Below the pieces are notes generated by a model that was given only the letters and a program-made list of their open reading frames with translations, did not search any database and was not told the origin of the DNA. Below, in pieces: positions 1 to 11,214 of a stretch of DNA of 64,000 nucleotides. The stretch is from contig NW_021832226.1 in the NCBI RefSeq assembly GCF_006345805.1, positions 186,001-250,000 of the forward strand, written 5' to 3'. Origin of the DNA: Octopus sinensis. Its lineage: Eukaryota. Made by a program: the position numbers and the translations under genes. The stretch's first letter is position 1. Each line of letters begins with the position of its first letter.

Positions 1-119
1 ATATATTAATTTATAATATATCTAAAAGAGATATTATTAATTATGATTTAATTCTATTATATATTAATTTAAAATTATTATCATTAAATAGAAACATTTA
101 AATAAAGTTTCAGAAAAAT

Positions 120-187
120 CTCGCGGACCCCCTGGAATCTTTCGCGGACCCCTAAGGGGTCCGCGGACCCCAGGTTGAGAACCACTG
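120..187 (+). mobile_element. 3' terminus of a Charlie/Buster-type hAT element or MITE
   Basis: GC-rich subterminal CGCGGACCCC repeats ending in GGTTGAGAACCACTG, followed by the hAT-type target GTCTAGAC (188-195). The left end is outside the window or lost. Confidence 0.7.
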
Positions 188-699
188 GTCTAGACAAATC
201 ACTAGCTTGTGATCTGAATTCGCACATTTAAGATACAATCTATACATTACAATTTGTATGATACCTTTCATTAATTACAGTAAAATTTTCAATTTTCTTA
301 ACTAGTCTATATTTTTTTGCTTTGTAAGATGTTCAGGAAATTTATCCTGTAAAGCATCTTTTAAAATTTGATATTCCAAACTATTCTTTACATAACCTTT
401 CTACGAGGACATTGCTGCAAAATATACTTGCACGCTAGAAATAACTCAAGAAATTTAGGTTTTCCACCAAAAAAATTAATTTCTGATAATTAAATTCCTA
501 CAAATATAATTTTTTGTCAAAATGAGAGAGTCTTTAGCTAATTTAGTAAATTATTAAATGATAAGAATGAGTCGCGGTCTAATTAAAAGATTTATAATTT
601 AATCCCATCAATGTCATAATTGCACATTTCAAGGTCACGTCAGGTATCGCGCGGCCCATAGGTATCGCGCAAACCATGTCACATATTATTTTAACCCAA

Positions 700-1290
700 G
701 AATCACCAACAGTTAATTAGGGTAATTAATTAGGTGATTCCAACATCCTCAAAATCTTGCTCAGCTTTTCCCGATGTTGGACTCTGGACCCAACACAAGT
801 GCGGGACGGGCGGGGAGCAGTTTTTTTGAGGAATTGAATTGGGGTGATGTGCTTCAGATTGTTGTAGTCTTTTGGCAGGTGGTCTTGTTGAAGGGCTAAG
901 AAACCCTTTCCATCTTTCTTAATAAGTTGGTCAAGCGGAGTTAGGGTGATGTTGTTCAGTTTGGAAATTTTCGTTATGCTAGCCGCGGCTCGGCACAGTG
1001 TAGTCACAATTTTAAGGCGGTTAGACCATGAGAGATTAGAACCCCAAGCGGCGCAGGCGTAGCCAATTGTTGGTTCGATGAATTGTTTGTAGAGAGTGCC
1101 GAGAGCCGGGAACGGTGTCTTTAGTCCACCAAAAATCGATTTGATTAATCCAATCTTTCTCTGACTGGATCCGATGGCCTTCTCTAAATGGGCAGTAAAA
1201 CACATGTGGGTGTCAAAAGTGACCCCCAGAATTTTAGGGTTCTTCGTGAATGGGATCTTCTCGTTGTCCAGGAAAAGATCAACAGTAAGG
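700..1290 (-). mobile_element. 5'-truncated LINE remnant (RT C-terminal/thumb region)
   Basis: ORF 726..1346 contains KILGVTFDTHMCF and LYKQFIEPTIGYACAAW, typical of the C-terminus of APE-type LINE ORF2. GC content is higher than the flanks. Confidence 0.75.
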
Positions 1291-1695
1291 CTTCCAAGTC
1301 TCTGATTTTTCTCTGTATCGTAGTATTTCACAAAGTGTAGATACAAATATCGTTTTTATTTAAATAACTACTAATTTTAACTTTTCCCAATGGTATCGAA
1401 TATTCACTAATATTGATTAATTAATTTTCTAATTAAATTTTGATTAAAAAGAGGTGAAAACATATTTACAGTGGGTCAAATTAGTCTTGGGACACTTGTA
1501 TATTTTTAATAAAATTTTCTTTTCTTAAACATACCTGTTTTTATCTCATTTTTTCCAAAGGCTAAAAAATTAAGCAAAGTTTTTTACATAATAAAACATT
1601 TAAAAATAATCCAAGGAAAATTTTATTTGAAAAAATTTTGACATTTTAAACAAACAGTCACAAAATCAATGCTAATTAGTCTTGGGACAAATTAC

Positions 1696-3448
1696 TTAAT
1701 ACTTTGTAAAGTATCCGTTATTCTCCAAAACTGCATTTAAGCGATTTTTATAATTGTTAACAAGCTTTTTACAAGTTTCAACAGGAATTTTATTCCATTC
1801 TTCAAAACAAAATGATTTTAATTCCGCAATACAGTATAACCTCCATTTGGGGCAGACCTCTGGCTTGGGGAACCTCTATTTTTGGGGAAACCTCTATTTT
1901 TGGGGTAGTTTGAAAAGGATATAATTTTTATGCGGTAATTTCCAAATTTAGAAATTACCGAACCTCTAAGTGGGGCACAGGATTTTTAATTTATATACAT
2001 ATTTGCTATTAAAATTAAAATTAATTATATAAAATTTCATTTGGAAGCCTCGTGTAATTTTTGTATTCTTGTTGTTATGGCTCGTAAGCTTAGTCTTGAG
2101 TTAAAGATCAAAATTGCCAAGGAATTAAGTGAAAATAAACATCTTACTGAACGAGATATTGTAGATAAGTACAAAATTAGTAAAGGTTTTTTATTAATGT
2201 AAGTTTTTAGGCGCTGTGTCACGTATTAAAAAAATTATCTCAATTTTTTTAATACTGGGGCTGTTCAAACAGATTTTCCCAGAAATATTCAACGCTCTCC
2301 TCATACTTTATCCCAAAAATTGGATAAAATTGTTTTTGAGGCTTTCACCAAGACAAGGGAAGAATTTATTCCTGTGTCCGGTCCTCTTTTAAAACATGTT
2401 TAAATGTTCTTAAAAATACTTTATTTATTTATAAATTAATGAAAAATATGCTAAACTATTAAAATTTTTATAAAAATAAAGAAAATTTCAGACCTCCATT
2501 TTTGGGGAAACCTCTATTTTTGGGGCAATTTTTCAAAATTGATGCCCCAAATGGAGGTTATACTTATTTTTTTGGATTATGCGCCGCATACTTTGGCTTT
2601 TAATTCCTTCCAAAGGTTTTCAATCGGATTAAGATCTGGGGACTGACTTGGCCATTCAAGGGTATCAATCAAATGTTCTTCTAGCCATTTTTGAGTTTTT
2701 TTTGCGCTGTGCTTTGGATCATTGTCTTGTTGAATGTCCAATTTTCTGCAATACCACATTTCTCATTGACGAAAATAGATTTTTTTCCAAAATATCACAG
2801 TATTTAGAAGCATTCAATATTCCGTCAATTACATGAAGTTCTCCACGCCCCCAAGAAGAAAAAACCCCCCATAGCATAATACTGCCACCTCCATGTTTAA
2901 CTGTTGGTATGGTATTTTTTGGACGATATTCATCCTTCGATTTACGCCACACGTAGCTTGTATAATTGTGTCCAAAAATTTCTATCTTTGTTTCATCCGA
3001 CCAAATAATATTATTTAGAAAGTCGTCGTCTTTAAGTAAAATTTTTTTGGCATATTTTAGCCGTGCATGGACGTGTTTCTTAGTAAGCAGCGGAACTTTA
3101 CGTGGACGACATTTATGGAACCCTTCTTTTCTTAGGGCATTTGTAACAGTCTGTGAGCATACTGGTGTTCCTATCTCACCAAGTAAGTAGAGAGTTGTTT
3201 ACGAGATAATCTCGGATTATCAAGCACTTTTCGTCTAATTATGGAAATTGATCGAGATGATATTTTTTGGTTGTCCTGATCTTGGCTTATTTTTGGTAGT
3301 TTTAAATAATTTTCATTTATTGATAATGTTCCATACTGTACTCTTCGGAATATGAACACTTTCGGAAATTTTTCGGATTGAGTTTCCTGCATTATATTCA
3401 AGAAGTATAATTTTTTATTTCTTCTGAATGTTCCTTTCGCTTAAGCAT
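1696..3448 (-). pseudogene. Tc1 transposase, frameshifted and interrupted by a Tigger-derived element
   Basis: ATG at 3448 gives MLKRKEHSEEI...GNSIRKISESVHIPKSTVW (HTH). Also [21 protein letters not shown]...[11 protein letters not shown] (D-34-E spacing) and C-terminal GYFTKY*. Confidence 0.9.
1832..2564 (+). mobile_element. Internally deleted Tigger/pogo element nested in the Tc1 transposase
   Basis: TIR CAGTATAACCTCCATTTGGGGCA and TGCCCCAAATGGAGGTTATACT, TA-flanked. Subterminal ACCTCTATTTTTGGGG repeats. HTH-like remnant MARKLSLELKIKIAKEL... from about 2078. Confidence 0.85.
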
Positions 3449-3496
3449 GTACAAAATATTAATCGCAAATAATGCTAATAATCATCTTAATAAAAT

Positions 3497-3580
3497 ATGG
3501 CTAGAACAAAACAAACGGCTCGAAAATCTACTGGTGCAAAAGTACCAAGGAAACAGTTGTCTGCAAAATCTGCTCGCAAG
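3497..3580 (+). other. Histone H3 N-terminal tail coding segment (residues 1-27), without the histone fold
   Basis: [28 protein letters not shown] versus canonical [28 protein letters not shown]: 22 of 27 identical. The frame continues into LINE sequence until 3868. Confidence 0.93.
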
Positions 3581-5310
3581 CTGTCTGCACTAAGAAGACT
3601 ATGCAGAAGTGGAGGCGTTCCCGCTTCGCACTCCCCGGAGGACAAGACGGTTCAGTGTGCCACTACGATGAACTGCCGGAGCCGTGGTTCACCGCCACGT
3701 GCTTCCGGCTATTCTAGTGGTGTTTTTAATTCTTTAGGTCAAAGCAGGAGGTCGAAGCCTGGACCCTCCCAGATGGGTTCAGCACTCACTGAAGACTCTT
3801 CTCCCCTGCTCCCCCTTTGGCTGGTGTCGGGGGAGCAGCAGCTGCAACAGGTACTAATTGTTTGGTAGCCACGACAACCGCACAGCATGCTGGTTCGCCA
3901 CGTGTTTGCGGTTTGTCTAGTGGTGCCAAACCCAGCCTAGGTAAGTCAATTAATGCCAACAGGGTGTCGTCTCCTGAGGCCGTCCCGGTGGGTACGGCAG
4001 GAAATAAGGTTGCCCTTGAGGACGGTTGGTACACGGTGGGGAAACCCAAACGTGCGGCTGGCCGTCCAACCCCCCCTAATGTTTTAGGTACTGGTGTGTG
4101 TGTATCAGGTGGATGCACACCCAAAGAAGACCACTGGCGCCGGGGGCAGAATTACCTTCGGTGCTGTGGCACGACTTGAGGTCCTCCCTACAAGTGGGAA
4201 GGCCTCGGTCATAAAGATCTTAGGTACGTTAGACTCTATCCAGCCTTCAAAGCTGTATAGAGTCCTGAAGAGGGAGCCCACCCAATTCCTGCTTGGGTGG
4301 GAGAAGGAGGAGGACTTCTTCAGCTTTAAAGAGAGCTGGAGAAGTCCAGCCCGTTCGGTCCTGGCATGCATCGGCTTGTCAGGATTGAACAAAAGGTAAG
4401 GCAGGTAAGAGTCCTGCTCCTCGGGGTCCCCCGGGACTTCGAGGATAATGACCTTTTAGGACACATACAGCGGGAGTACCCCAGTGCCCTGCCTTGCACG
4501 CTTCAAGCAGGGTAACCGCCCTCTTGAAGTGGTGGAGGTCATCCTGGGATCTCCTGCGGAAGCCGAGCGCCTAGTACTTCTGGGTACTAGGATCGGCTAC
4601 ATTAGGATGAGAGCTGCCTGGCCCGCCCGAAAGCCACCCAATGCTTTCGGTGTCAGGGGTTCGGGCACATCTCCACAAAGTGCCCGGATAAGGCGAAGTG
4701 CCTTATTTGCGGTGGGGAGCATGGTCGCAAGACGTGCCCCTCACCATCCAAGGAGAGGCAGTGTGTCAACTGTGGTAAGTTGGGACACACTGCCAATTTC
4801 AGAGGTTGCCCCAAGTTCAAGGAGGCAACCCGAAAGGTAGGTGGGGATGTAATCCCAACAGTAAGTCGCCCGCGTCGCGTCGCGCGCCCTGCGCCAAAAC
4901 CTGGCAAGCAGGCGATACTGGCCAAACCTTCCAAATCCGTTTGGGTGGCGAAGACAGTGGAACCTGTGAGCCATGCTACGTGTGGGTCGGTGCAGCCTTC
5001 GCCGACAAAGTTGGCAAAGCAGGTGAAAGCTTCCGAGTCCGCTTGGTTGCCTAAGCCGGCAATGCCTTCTGAGGCGGCTAACGGCGGCGCCGTCCGGCAC
5101 AACCTGGGGCTGAAAAGGCGTCCTCCATACGTGGAGATGCCATTGCACTCAGCCCCTGGCGAGCGTGTACCGCAGGACAGTATTAGTCCTGCGGTGCAAT
5201 TATGCGTTTCCCTATTAAAATTTTGTAGGGAGATGAATTGCAGTGTAGAGGAAATGCTACACTGCAACGTTGCCGAGGCCAAGAAGATCCTTGGCGAAGA
5301 ACCGATATGA
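3497..5310 (+). pseudogene. LINE ORF1 (gag-like), frameshifted in this copy
   Basis: Pieces in alternating frames: H3 tail, DGWYTVGKPKR, LLGVPRDF, then QCFRCQGFGHISTKC / CLICGGEHGRKTC / CVNCGKLGHTANFRGC (about 4639-4810). Ends GEEPI* at 5310. Confidence 0.85.
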
Positions 5311-7908
5311 TGCTCAACATCATATCGGTGAACGCGCGTTCCTTGGAAGGAAAAGGGACGCCGTTCAGAGGATGTTGGCCACCACGAGTGCGGACATTCT
5401 GGTGGTCAACGAAACGAAGGTAAAGGGGGGTCCGTACGTAGTTGATGGCTACAACTGTCGTCACATACCCTGGAAACAGGGGTCAATATGTGGCACAGGA
5501 ACTAGCCTCTTCTACAAGCCCTACCTTGCCTTGCAGAGTCCAGGTTATGTTCATGTAGCTTGTGTGAATTCCTCCAAGTGAGAATTCGCATAGGCGAGTT
5601 AACATTTTACCTAGGTGGGATGTACTCGAAGAACTTTACGGCGTGCTCCTGGCACGTACGGGAGTTCTTTGAAAAGCATCCGAAGGCCATGGTTGTTGGG
5701 GACCTGAATGCCAAGCATCAAGATCTTGGTTTCAGGGTAACCAACTCGCATGGTTTGGCTCTGAAGACGCTGGTTGAAGACCTCGGGCTGGAAATCCGGA
5801 CTTCGAGCGAGCCAAACCACGTCGACGCGAGGGGAGGACGTGACTGGCTAGGGCTTGCTCTGGTCAGTCCCGGTCTTCTAAATTGGGTTAGTAAAACTAT
5901 TTTATTGTCCGATATTGGGAGCGACCATCTGCCTCTATTGCACGAACTCCGTGAGCCAGTTCCTCAAAGGGTCCCAGGATACTTTGACCTCCGGGTGGGT
6001 TCCTGGGCTAACCTGGAGAGTTTCATGGCCAGCAGGTTGCCCTCACTTCTGGTGGGGAATACCTGCGCCAACATACGTGAGTTGGAGGCGCTTGATAATG
6101 GAATCAATGCTGCCCTGACTGATTACATGCGAGATAATTTCAAACAAAACTCAGTGCAGGGTCAGGCACATTCCACGCTCCCTCACCGGATCTTAAATAA
6201 AATTAGGTTCAAGCGCCGGCTATCCAGACTACGGGACAAATGCGTTTACGAGGAGAACCGTGTTTGGTTTCGTGGCTGGATTAGCCGGCTTCAGAGGGAG
6301 ATCCGAAGAGAAATCCGCGAACTCGAAAGTTCGCGGTGGGAGAGGGCCTGCCGAAGGGTGGACCCTCGCTTTCCGGACTTCTGGAAGCAGTTGAAGAGCC
6401 TGTCGGGGAGAAGGGGGGCTAAGTCAGTGCGCCTTAAACGCTCTGATGGAACCCTCGCTTCGGACCCGGTTGAGGTGGTTGAAATACTTTCAGCCCATCT
6501 CAATGGCATCTCGGGAACTGACGGAAGTCAGTTCGTAGAGACATCGTCCTTTGATACTGTCCAGCAGATATTGTCGTGGGACAAGCGCTGCCAGCTGGGC
6601 ATATCAAGGAACGATGCAGGCGAAATTACTGAAGCGGAGATTCTGGCAGCAATCTCCCGAAGTAAGAACACCGCGGCGGGTTTGGATCGGATCCCGATGG
6701 CCATCTTTAAGAAGGCCCCGCCGCGGTTAATCACTGCACTAAAGGTTTTATTTAACGGGAGCTTGCGACTTGGGATGATTCCCTCCAGGTGGAAAGTGGC
6801 TGAGGTAATCCTTATCGGAAAGCCCGGGAAGCCACATGATGTCCCCGGGGGATATAGGCCCATTTCCTTGCTCCCCGCAATATCTAAAATCCTAGAAAGA
6901 ATTATGCACCAAAGGCTCCTGGAGGAGCTGATGGTTGCAGACGCCCTCCCTGAGTTCCAATGGGGCTTCAGGGAGGGCCGCTCATGCGGGGACTGCCTTC
7001 ACAAGGTGTCGTCTGGTATGAAGAACGCCCTCCAGAAAAGGGAATGCGGTATTTTAGTTAGTCTCGACATTGAAAAGGCCTTTGACTCGGTGTGGCACGA
7101 CGGCCTCCGGAGTTCCCTTGCCACGTGTGGGGTTTCTCCGTGTCTAAGGCGCTGGCTGTCGGGGTTTCTTGAATCTCGCAGGCAGGTCGTGCGGCATCAG
7201 GGGGTCTTTTCTAAAGTCGCAACAGTCCTTCGCGGGGTCCCTCAGGGCTCTGTGCTCAGTCCGACACTATTCAATGTGTTTATGGCCACTGCGCCTATGC
7301 CAGTCAATGCTCGTACTGAAATGGTAATCTATGCAGACGACATTATCCTCTGGGATCACTCAATGAAACCGGAGTGTGCGTGTCGTAGGCTTCAGGTTGC
7401 TGTGGATGGACTTGCAAACTGGTGTGGGAGTAGGGGTCTGAGAATGTGCGCGGACAAGTGCAGTGTCCTTAAAGTCTGTAAAAGGACGAGGGGTTACACT
7501 AATTTTGTTCCTAGGTTATTGCTGAGCGGGTCAGCAATCGCTGCAGTTGATCGGATGACTTATTTGGGCGTGCTCTTTAAGCCGTCCGGTAAGTTTGATG
7601 ATCACATTGCACGTACGAAAATGCGTGCAATGCAGCGATTAGGTGCGTTGCGTGCTTTCCGCTTGAGCAGAGGTGCCTGGTTCCGCGTGTTTAACGCCAT
7701 GGTGTTACCCGTCTTGACCTATGGCGTCCACGCTTGGTACCTCTATGAGGACAGGGATAAGCATGTTGACGTGCTTAAAAAAGTAAGAAGACGAGCCATA
7801 AGGCTAGCCTATGGCTTAGGATTCCGGACTGAGCTCTCCGACGCCCAGGAATCATCTCTCAAAGGCCTCTCTGAGGTCCTAGAGAAGATTATTTCTGGAT
7901 GGCAGTAA
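5307..7908 (+). pseudogene. LINE ORF2: APE endonuclease plus reverse transcriptase, with about two frameshifts near the N-terminus
   Basis: MMLNIISVNARSL, DILVVNETK, GDLNAKH and GSDHLPL (APE). YRPISLL, QWGFREGRS, LDIEKAFDSVWH, GVPQGSVLSP and YADD (RT). Open for 782 aa from 5560 to 7908. Confidence 0.93.
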
Positions 7909-8399
7909 GGCGGTAAGTCTTAACCTGTGGTTGTGTGTAGGGAGGCGTGTGTGAGATGGAGACTGAAAAGGCAGCGATGCCGAAGGTCTACTTAGTTAGT
8001 TTTTAACTCCCTTAACTAATAATGTTTTTTCCCGGAATTAGTATAATTTCGTTGATCGATATGTAGATCAATTCAATTATTTTTCAAAAAGTAAATAAAT
8101 AACAACTGTCCAAGACTAATTGGAACATGATATTCTATCTGTTGGAATAAATGTGAAATTTTCTATAAATAAAACGAATTTTGTAATTTTTTTATGATCT
8201 AGGATTAAGAAAACTAGAGCACTATTATACTATTGGAAAAAATTAAATAAAAACAGCTATGTTAACGAAAATAAAATTTTATTAAAAATAAACAAGTGTC
8301 CCAAGACTAATTTGACCCACTGTAGTAACCTAAAATACAATAGTAAGATTGATTTTCTTAGTTTTTAAAAAGAATTATGTAGGAGGTATCATTTAATGA

Positions 8400-9309
8400 T
8401 TAAATAGTCTGTCAAAAAAAAAACTATCTGTCAAAAAAAACTGTTGTGAAATACTACGATACAGAGAAAAATTAGAAAACTTGGATGATTATAACCCAAA
8501 ATCTAAGCGCACTAAATCTGCGAAGCATTTGGATTTGGAGGAAGCTCTTTGGATTTGGTTTGTGAACAGATTACAGATTTAATACTAATACTAAATCATG
8601 GATGACATCAATGATATTTCAAGATTGGATAAAGGGATTGGATAATCAGATGAAATTCTGTGGGAGGAAAATACTTCTAATTATGGACAACTGTCCATGC
8701 CACATTATTCCAACGTCATCGAATATTGAAATGCACTTTTTGCTTCCAACAACAAAAAGTCACTTACAACATAGTTTTAAGGCACATTACCGAAAACTAA
8801 AGGCAAAACATATTATTAACCAACTTGAAACAAGTAACAATTGGCATATTAGGTTGGATGATGCAATACGTTTTGTTGGAAAAACATGGGACAGCGTTAA
8901 AGAAGAAACAATTAAAAACTGCTGGTAGCAAATTTGTCATGTCGAAACTTATAACACTGAAAATTCGAGAAAAGAAATTGTTGATCAAAATCTATTGAAT
9001 CAACTGATTTCAACATTGAATATTAATGATGAGATAGATGTCAACGAATATGTTTCGGTAAACAATAATGCGAAAACAGACGGTCATATTGAAAACCAAA
9101 TATTGTCAACACTTCGAAGAATCAATGAAAGTGATGAAGAAGACATAAAAGAAGACTTTACTAAAAAAAGACCTTCTAAAAATGAAATGGCAAATGCGTT
9201 CGAATTTATGCTACGCGGGATCGAGTTTACTCAAGGGATGTCGAAAAAAAGCATACTCAACCTTTTTTGTCGCTCCCTTGTTGTATATAACTCAAAAATC
9301 AAAATATAG
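8400..9309 (+). mobile_element. Degenerate Tigger/pogo transposase remnant
   Basis: LEEALWIWF (CENP-B HTH), SWMTSMIFQDW, ILLIMDNCPCH and ETIKNCW motifs of DDE_1 transposases. Confidence 0.75.
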
Positions 9310-9316
9310 AACAATA

Positions 9317-10086
9317 CAGGGTATTTCATTAATATATCCTCTAATTTCATAAATATATCCTCTAATTTCATAAATAAATCCTCTTATTCCATAAATATAT
9401 CCTCTTATTTCATAAATATATCGTATAATTTCATCAATATATCCTCTTATTTCATAAATATATCGAATATTATAAATAATTATATAATGTAGTAATTCTT
9501 GTAGTAATGTTCGTATGTCGTATACGTATATTTCAAGTTACATTAACAAAGACCAACTTTTAATTTAAAAAACAAATTTTAATTAATTCTGTTAATAATC
9601 GCATTCACTCTATTCCAAAATGACCGGTAGTACTCGGTAAACATTGAATTAGAAGAAAGCGATTGTATAACATCTTTTAATTTTCTTTTAAAGCCTTCTG
9701 ATTCATAGCTCTTGACGTATTGAATTCAGATTCGCATTTATTGTCCCAAATACATTTTCGATAGGATTTAAGTCAGGTGAATAAGGAGGTAAAAACAAAT
9801 ACTCAACACTATGTGTTTCGAAAAAATTAACAACATTTGAAGAATGATGAAATTTAACATTATCTAAAATTATCACAGAATCATCAGTGACATCACACAG
9901 AATCATCACAATAAAACGATATATTTATGAAATAAGAGGATATTTATAGGAAATTATACGATATATTTATGAAATAAGAGGATATATTTATGAAATTAGG
10001 AGATATATTTATGGAATAAGAGAATTTATTTATGAAATCAGAGGATATATTTATGAAATTAGAGGATATATTAATGAAATACCCTG
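9317..10086 (-). mobile_element. IS630/Tc1-type non-autonomous element with long TIRs built of about 22-bp tandem units
   Basis: TA-CAGGGTATTTCATTAATATATCCTC...GAAATACCCTG-TA. Tandem ATAAATATATCCTCTTATTTC-like units at both ends in inverted orientation. Internal LDNVKFHH...[12 protein letters not shown] remnant. Confidence 0.85.
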
Positions 10087-10649
10087 TAAATCAAATGTAA
10101 AAATTGAATTGTTAATAAAAATTATTAGTGTGCACTTGAAACTACACATAAATAAATGTTAAATAACCATTATGTACTGGCTTTGTGAATAGCGATTTGA
10201 TCGTTTTCTTATTTTCAAAATTGTATTTTAAAGTTATAAAATATTTAATCGGCTTTAAAATTTTATCCGGGTGCTTGCGTTTTAAAATTTAAATGATCCT
10301 GTAATCTTGATGTCTTCATCGCCTCATTTGAGAATGAACGTTGACAAATAAGACAATAAAGCTGTTTTGTATCTTCATATTTTGCATAAACCCATATTTT
10401 AAATATTCGTTTTGATAATGACGACTTTTCTTATTTGAGCGAGAAGACATCTTAGATATCAAACAAGAATGTAAAAAGAGCGTGCTAATTTGAATATAAA
10501 ATTAAAGGATAAACACTATAGAAGAAATATTAATAAATCTGAAACATTATTAAAATTAGCATGTATAAATAGTTGTATTATATTTAAATTCGAATATTTT
10601 ATTAAATATATTATCCCCCCCTTTAACTTAATTATCTCCCCTTGTACAA

Positions 10650-10697
10650 AATTTTCGCCCCTAGGAGGGCCATTCGCCTCCGGTTGAGAACACTTGT
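10650..10697 (+). mobile_element. Degenerate hAT 3' terminus
   Basis: TTCGCCCC...TTCGCCTCCGGTTGAGAACACTTG resembles the other hAT termini in the window. Confidence 0.45.
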
Positions 10698-11214
10698 ATT
10701 AAACATATTAAAAGGGAATATCTGGATTGTCTAAAAAATAGTTATAGACAGTCGACGATTATGGAGTTTTTTAATAAATATTAAATATTTTGTGTTTAAT
10801 TAATTTTAACGGGGTCGCGTTATAATGCCACTCCGCTTATTGCCATGAAATATTTGGGTTTTTTTTCGTGGCAATATAGAGAGGTTTAAGTGTATTTTCA
10901 TTATCAAGATTTATACGAAAGTTTTTGCATTCTTCAGTAACAATCAAACATATATTTTTTTTAATTCGATTTTCTTGATTTATATCGTTAGATGGCAAAA
11001 TTATGACCAAGGCCGATGTAACACAATATTTTCTGTATCGTATTATTTTTGATAATAATCTCAATTTATATGAATTTTAATATTAAATATATTTAAAGTA
11101 ATTATTATTTATTTAAAAATATTAAGAAAATTGTATACATTAAAATTTCATTATTCAAATGAGTTTGTTTTTATAATTAGTTTGATTTTGCCTTTTCCCT
11201 ATATTTCTAGTCGC

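Larger units (their letters stand above)
3483..8015 (+). mobile_element. Full-length APE-type LINE (Jockey/I/R1-group architecture) with a histone-H3-tail-encoding 5' end
   Basis: GC-rich block flanked by the 8-bp direct repeat CTAATAAT (3475-3482 and 8016-8023). ORF1 has three CCHC knuckles; ORF2 has APE endonuclease and RT. No RNase H is evident. Confidence 0.9.
1469..8322 (-). mobile_element. Tc1-family DD34E transposon with long IR/DR-type inverted repeats, carrying two nested insertions
   Basis: Terminal CAGTGGGTCAAATTAGTCTTGGGACAC at 1469 and its reverse complement ending at 8322, each flanked by TA. Inner direct-repeat copies at about 1675-1690 and 8107-8121. Confidence 0.92.

Noticed and set aside
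3497-3868. A functional histone H3 gene
   Set aside because: Only the tail (1-27) is present. No KPHRYRPG or histone fold follows in any frame, and the segment lies within the LINE's TSDs.
3786-6863. Antisense and alternative-frame ORFs within the LINE
   Set aside because: Expected by-products of GC-rich sequence with few stop codons; no recognisable motifs.
9317-9470. CRISPR-like array
   Set aside because: Units are contiguous without unique spacers, are mirrored as an inverted arm of a transposon, and the DNA is eukaryotic.
11180-11214. AG acceptors just upstream of start codons as evidence of spliced-leader trans-splicing
   Set aside because: Here and at about 28393-28421 a GT lies about 30 nt upstream, so ordinary short 5'-UTR introns explain them.
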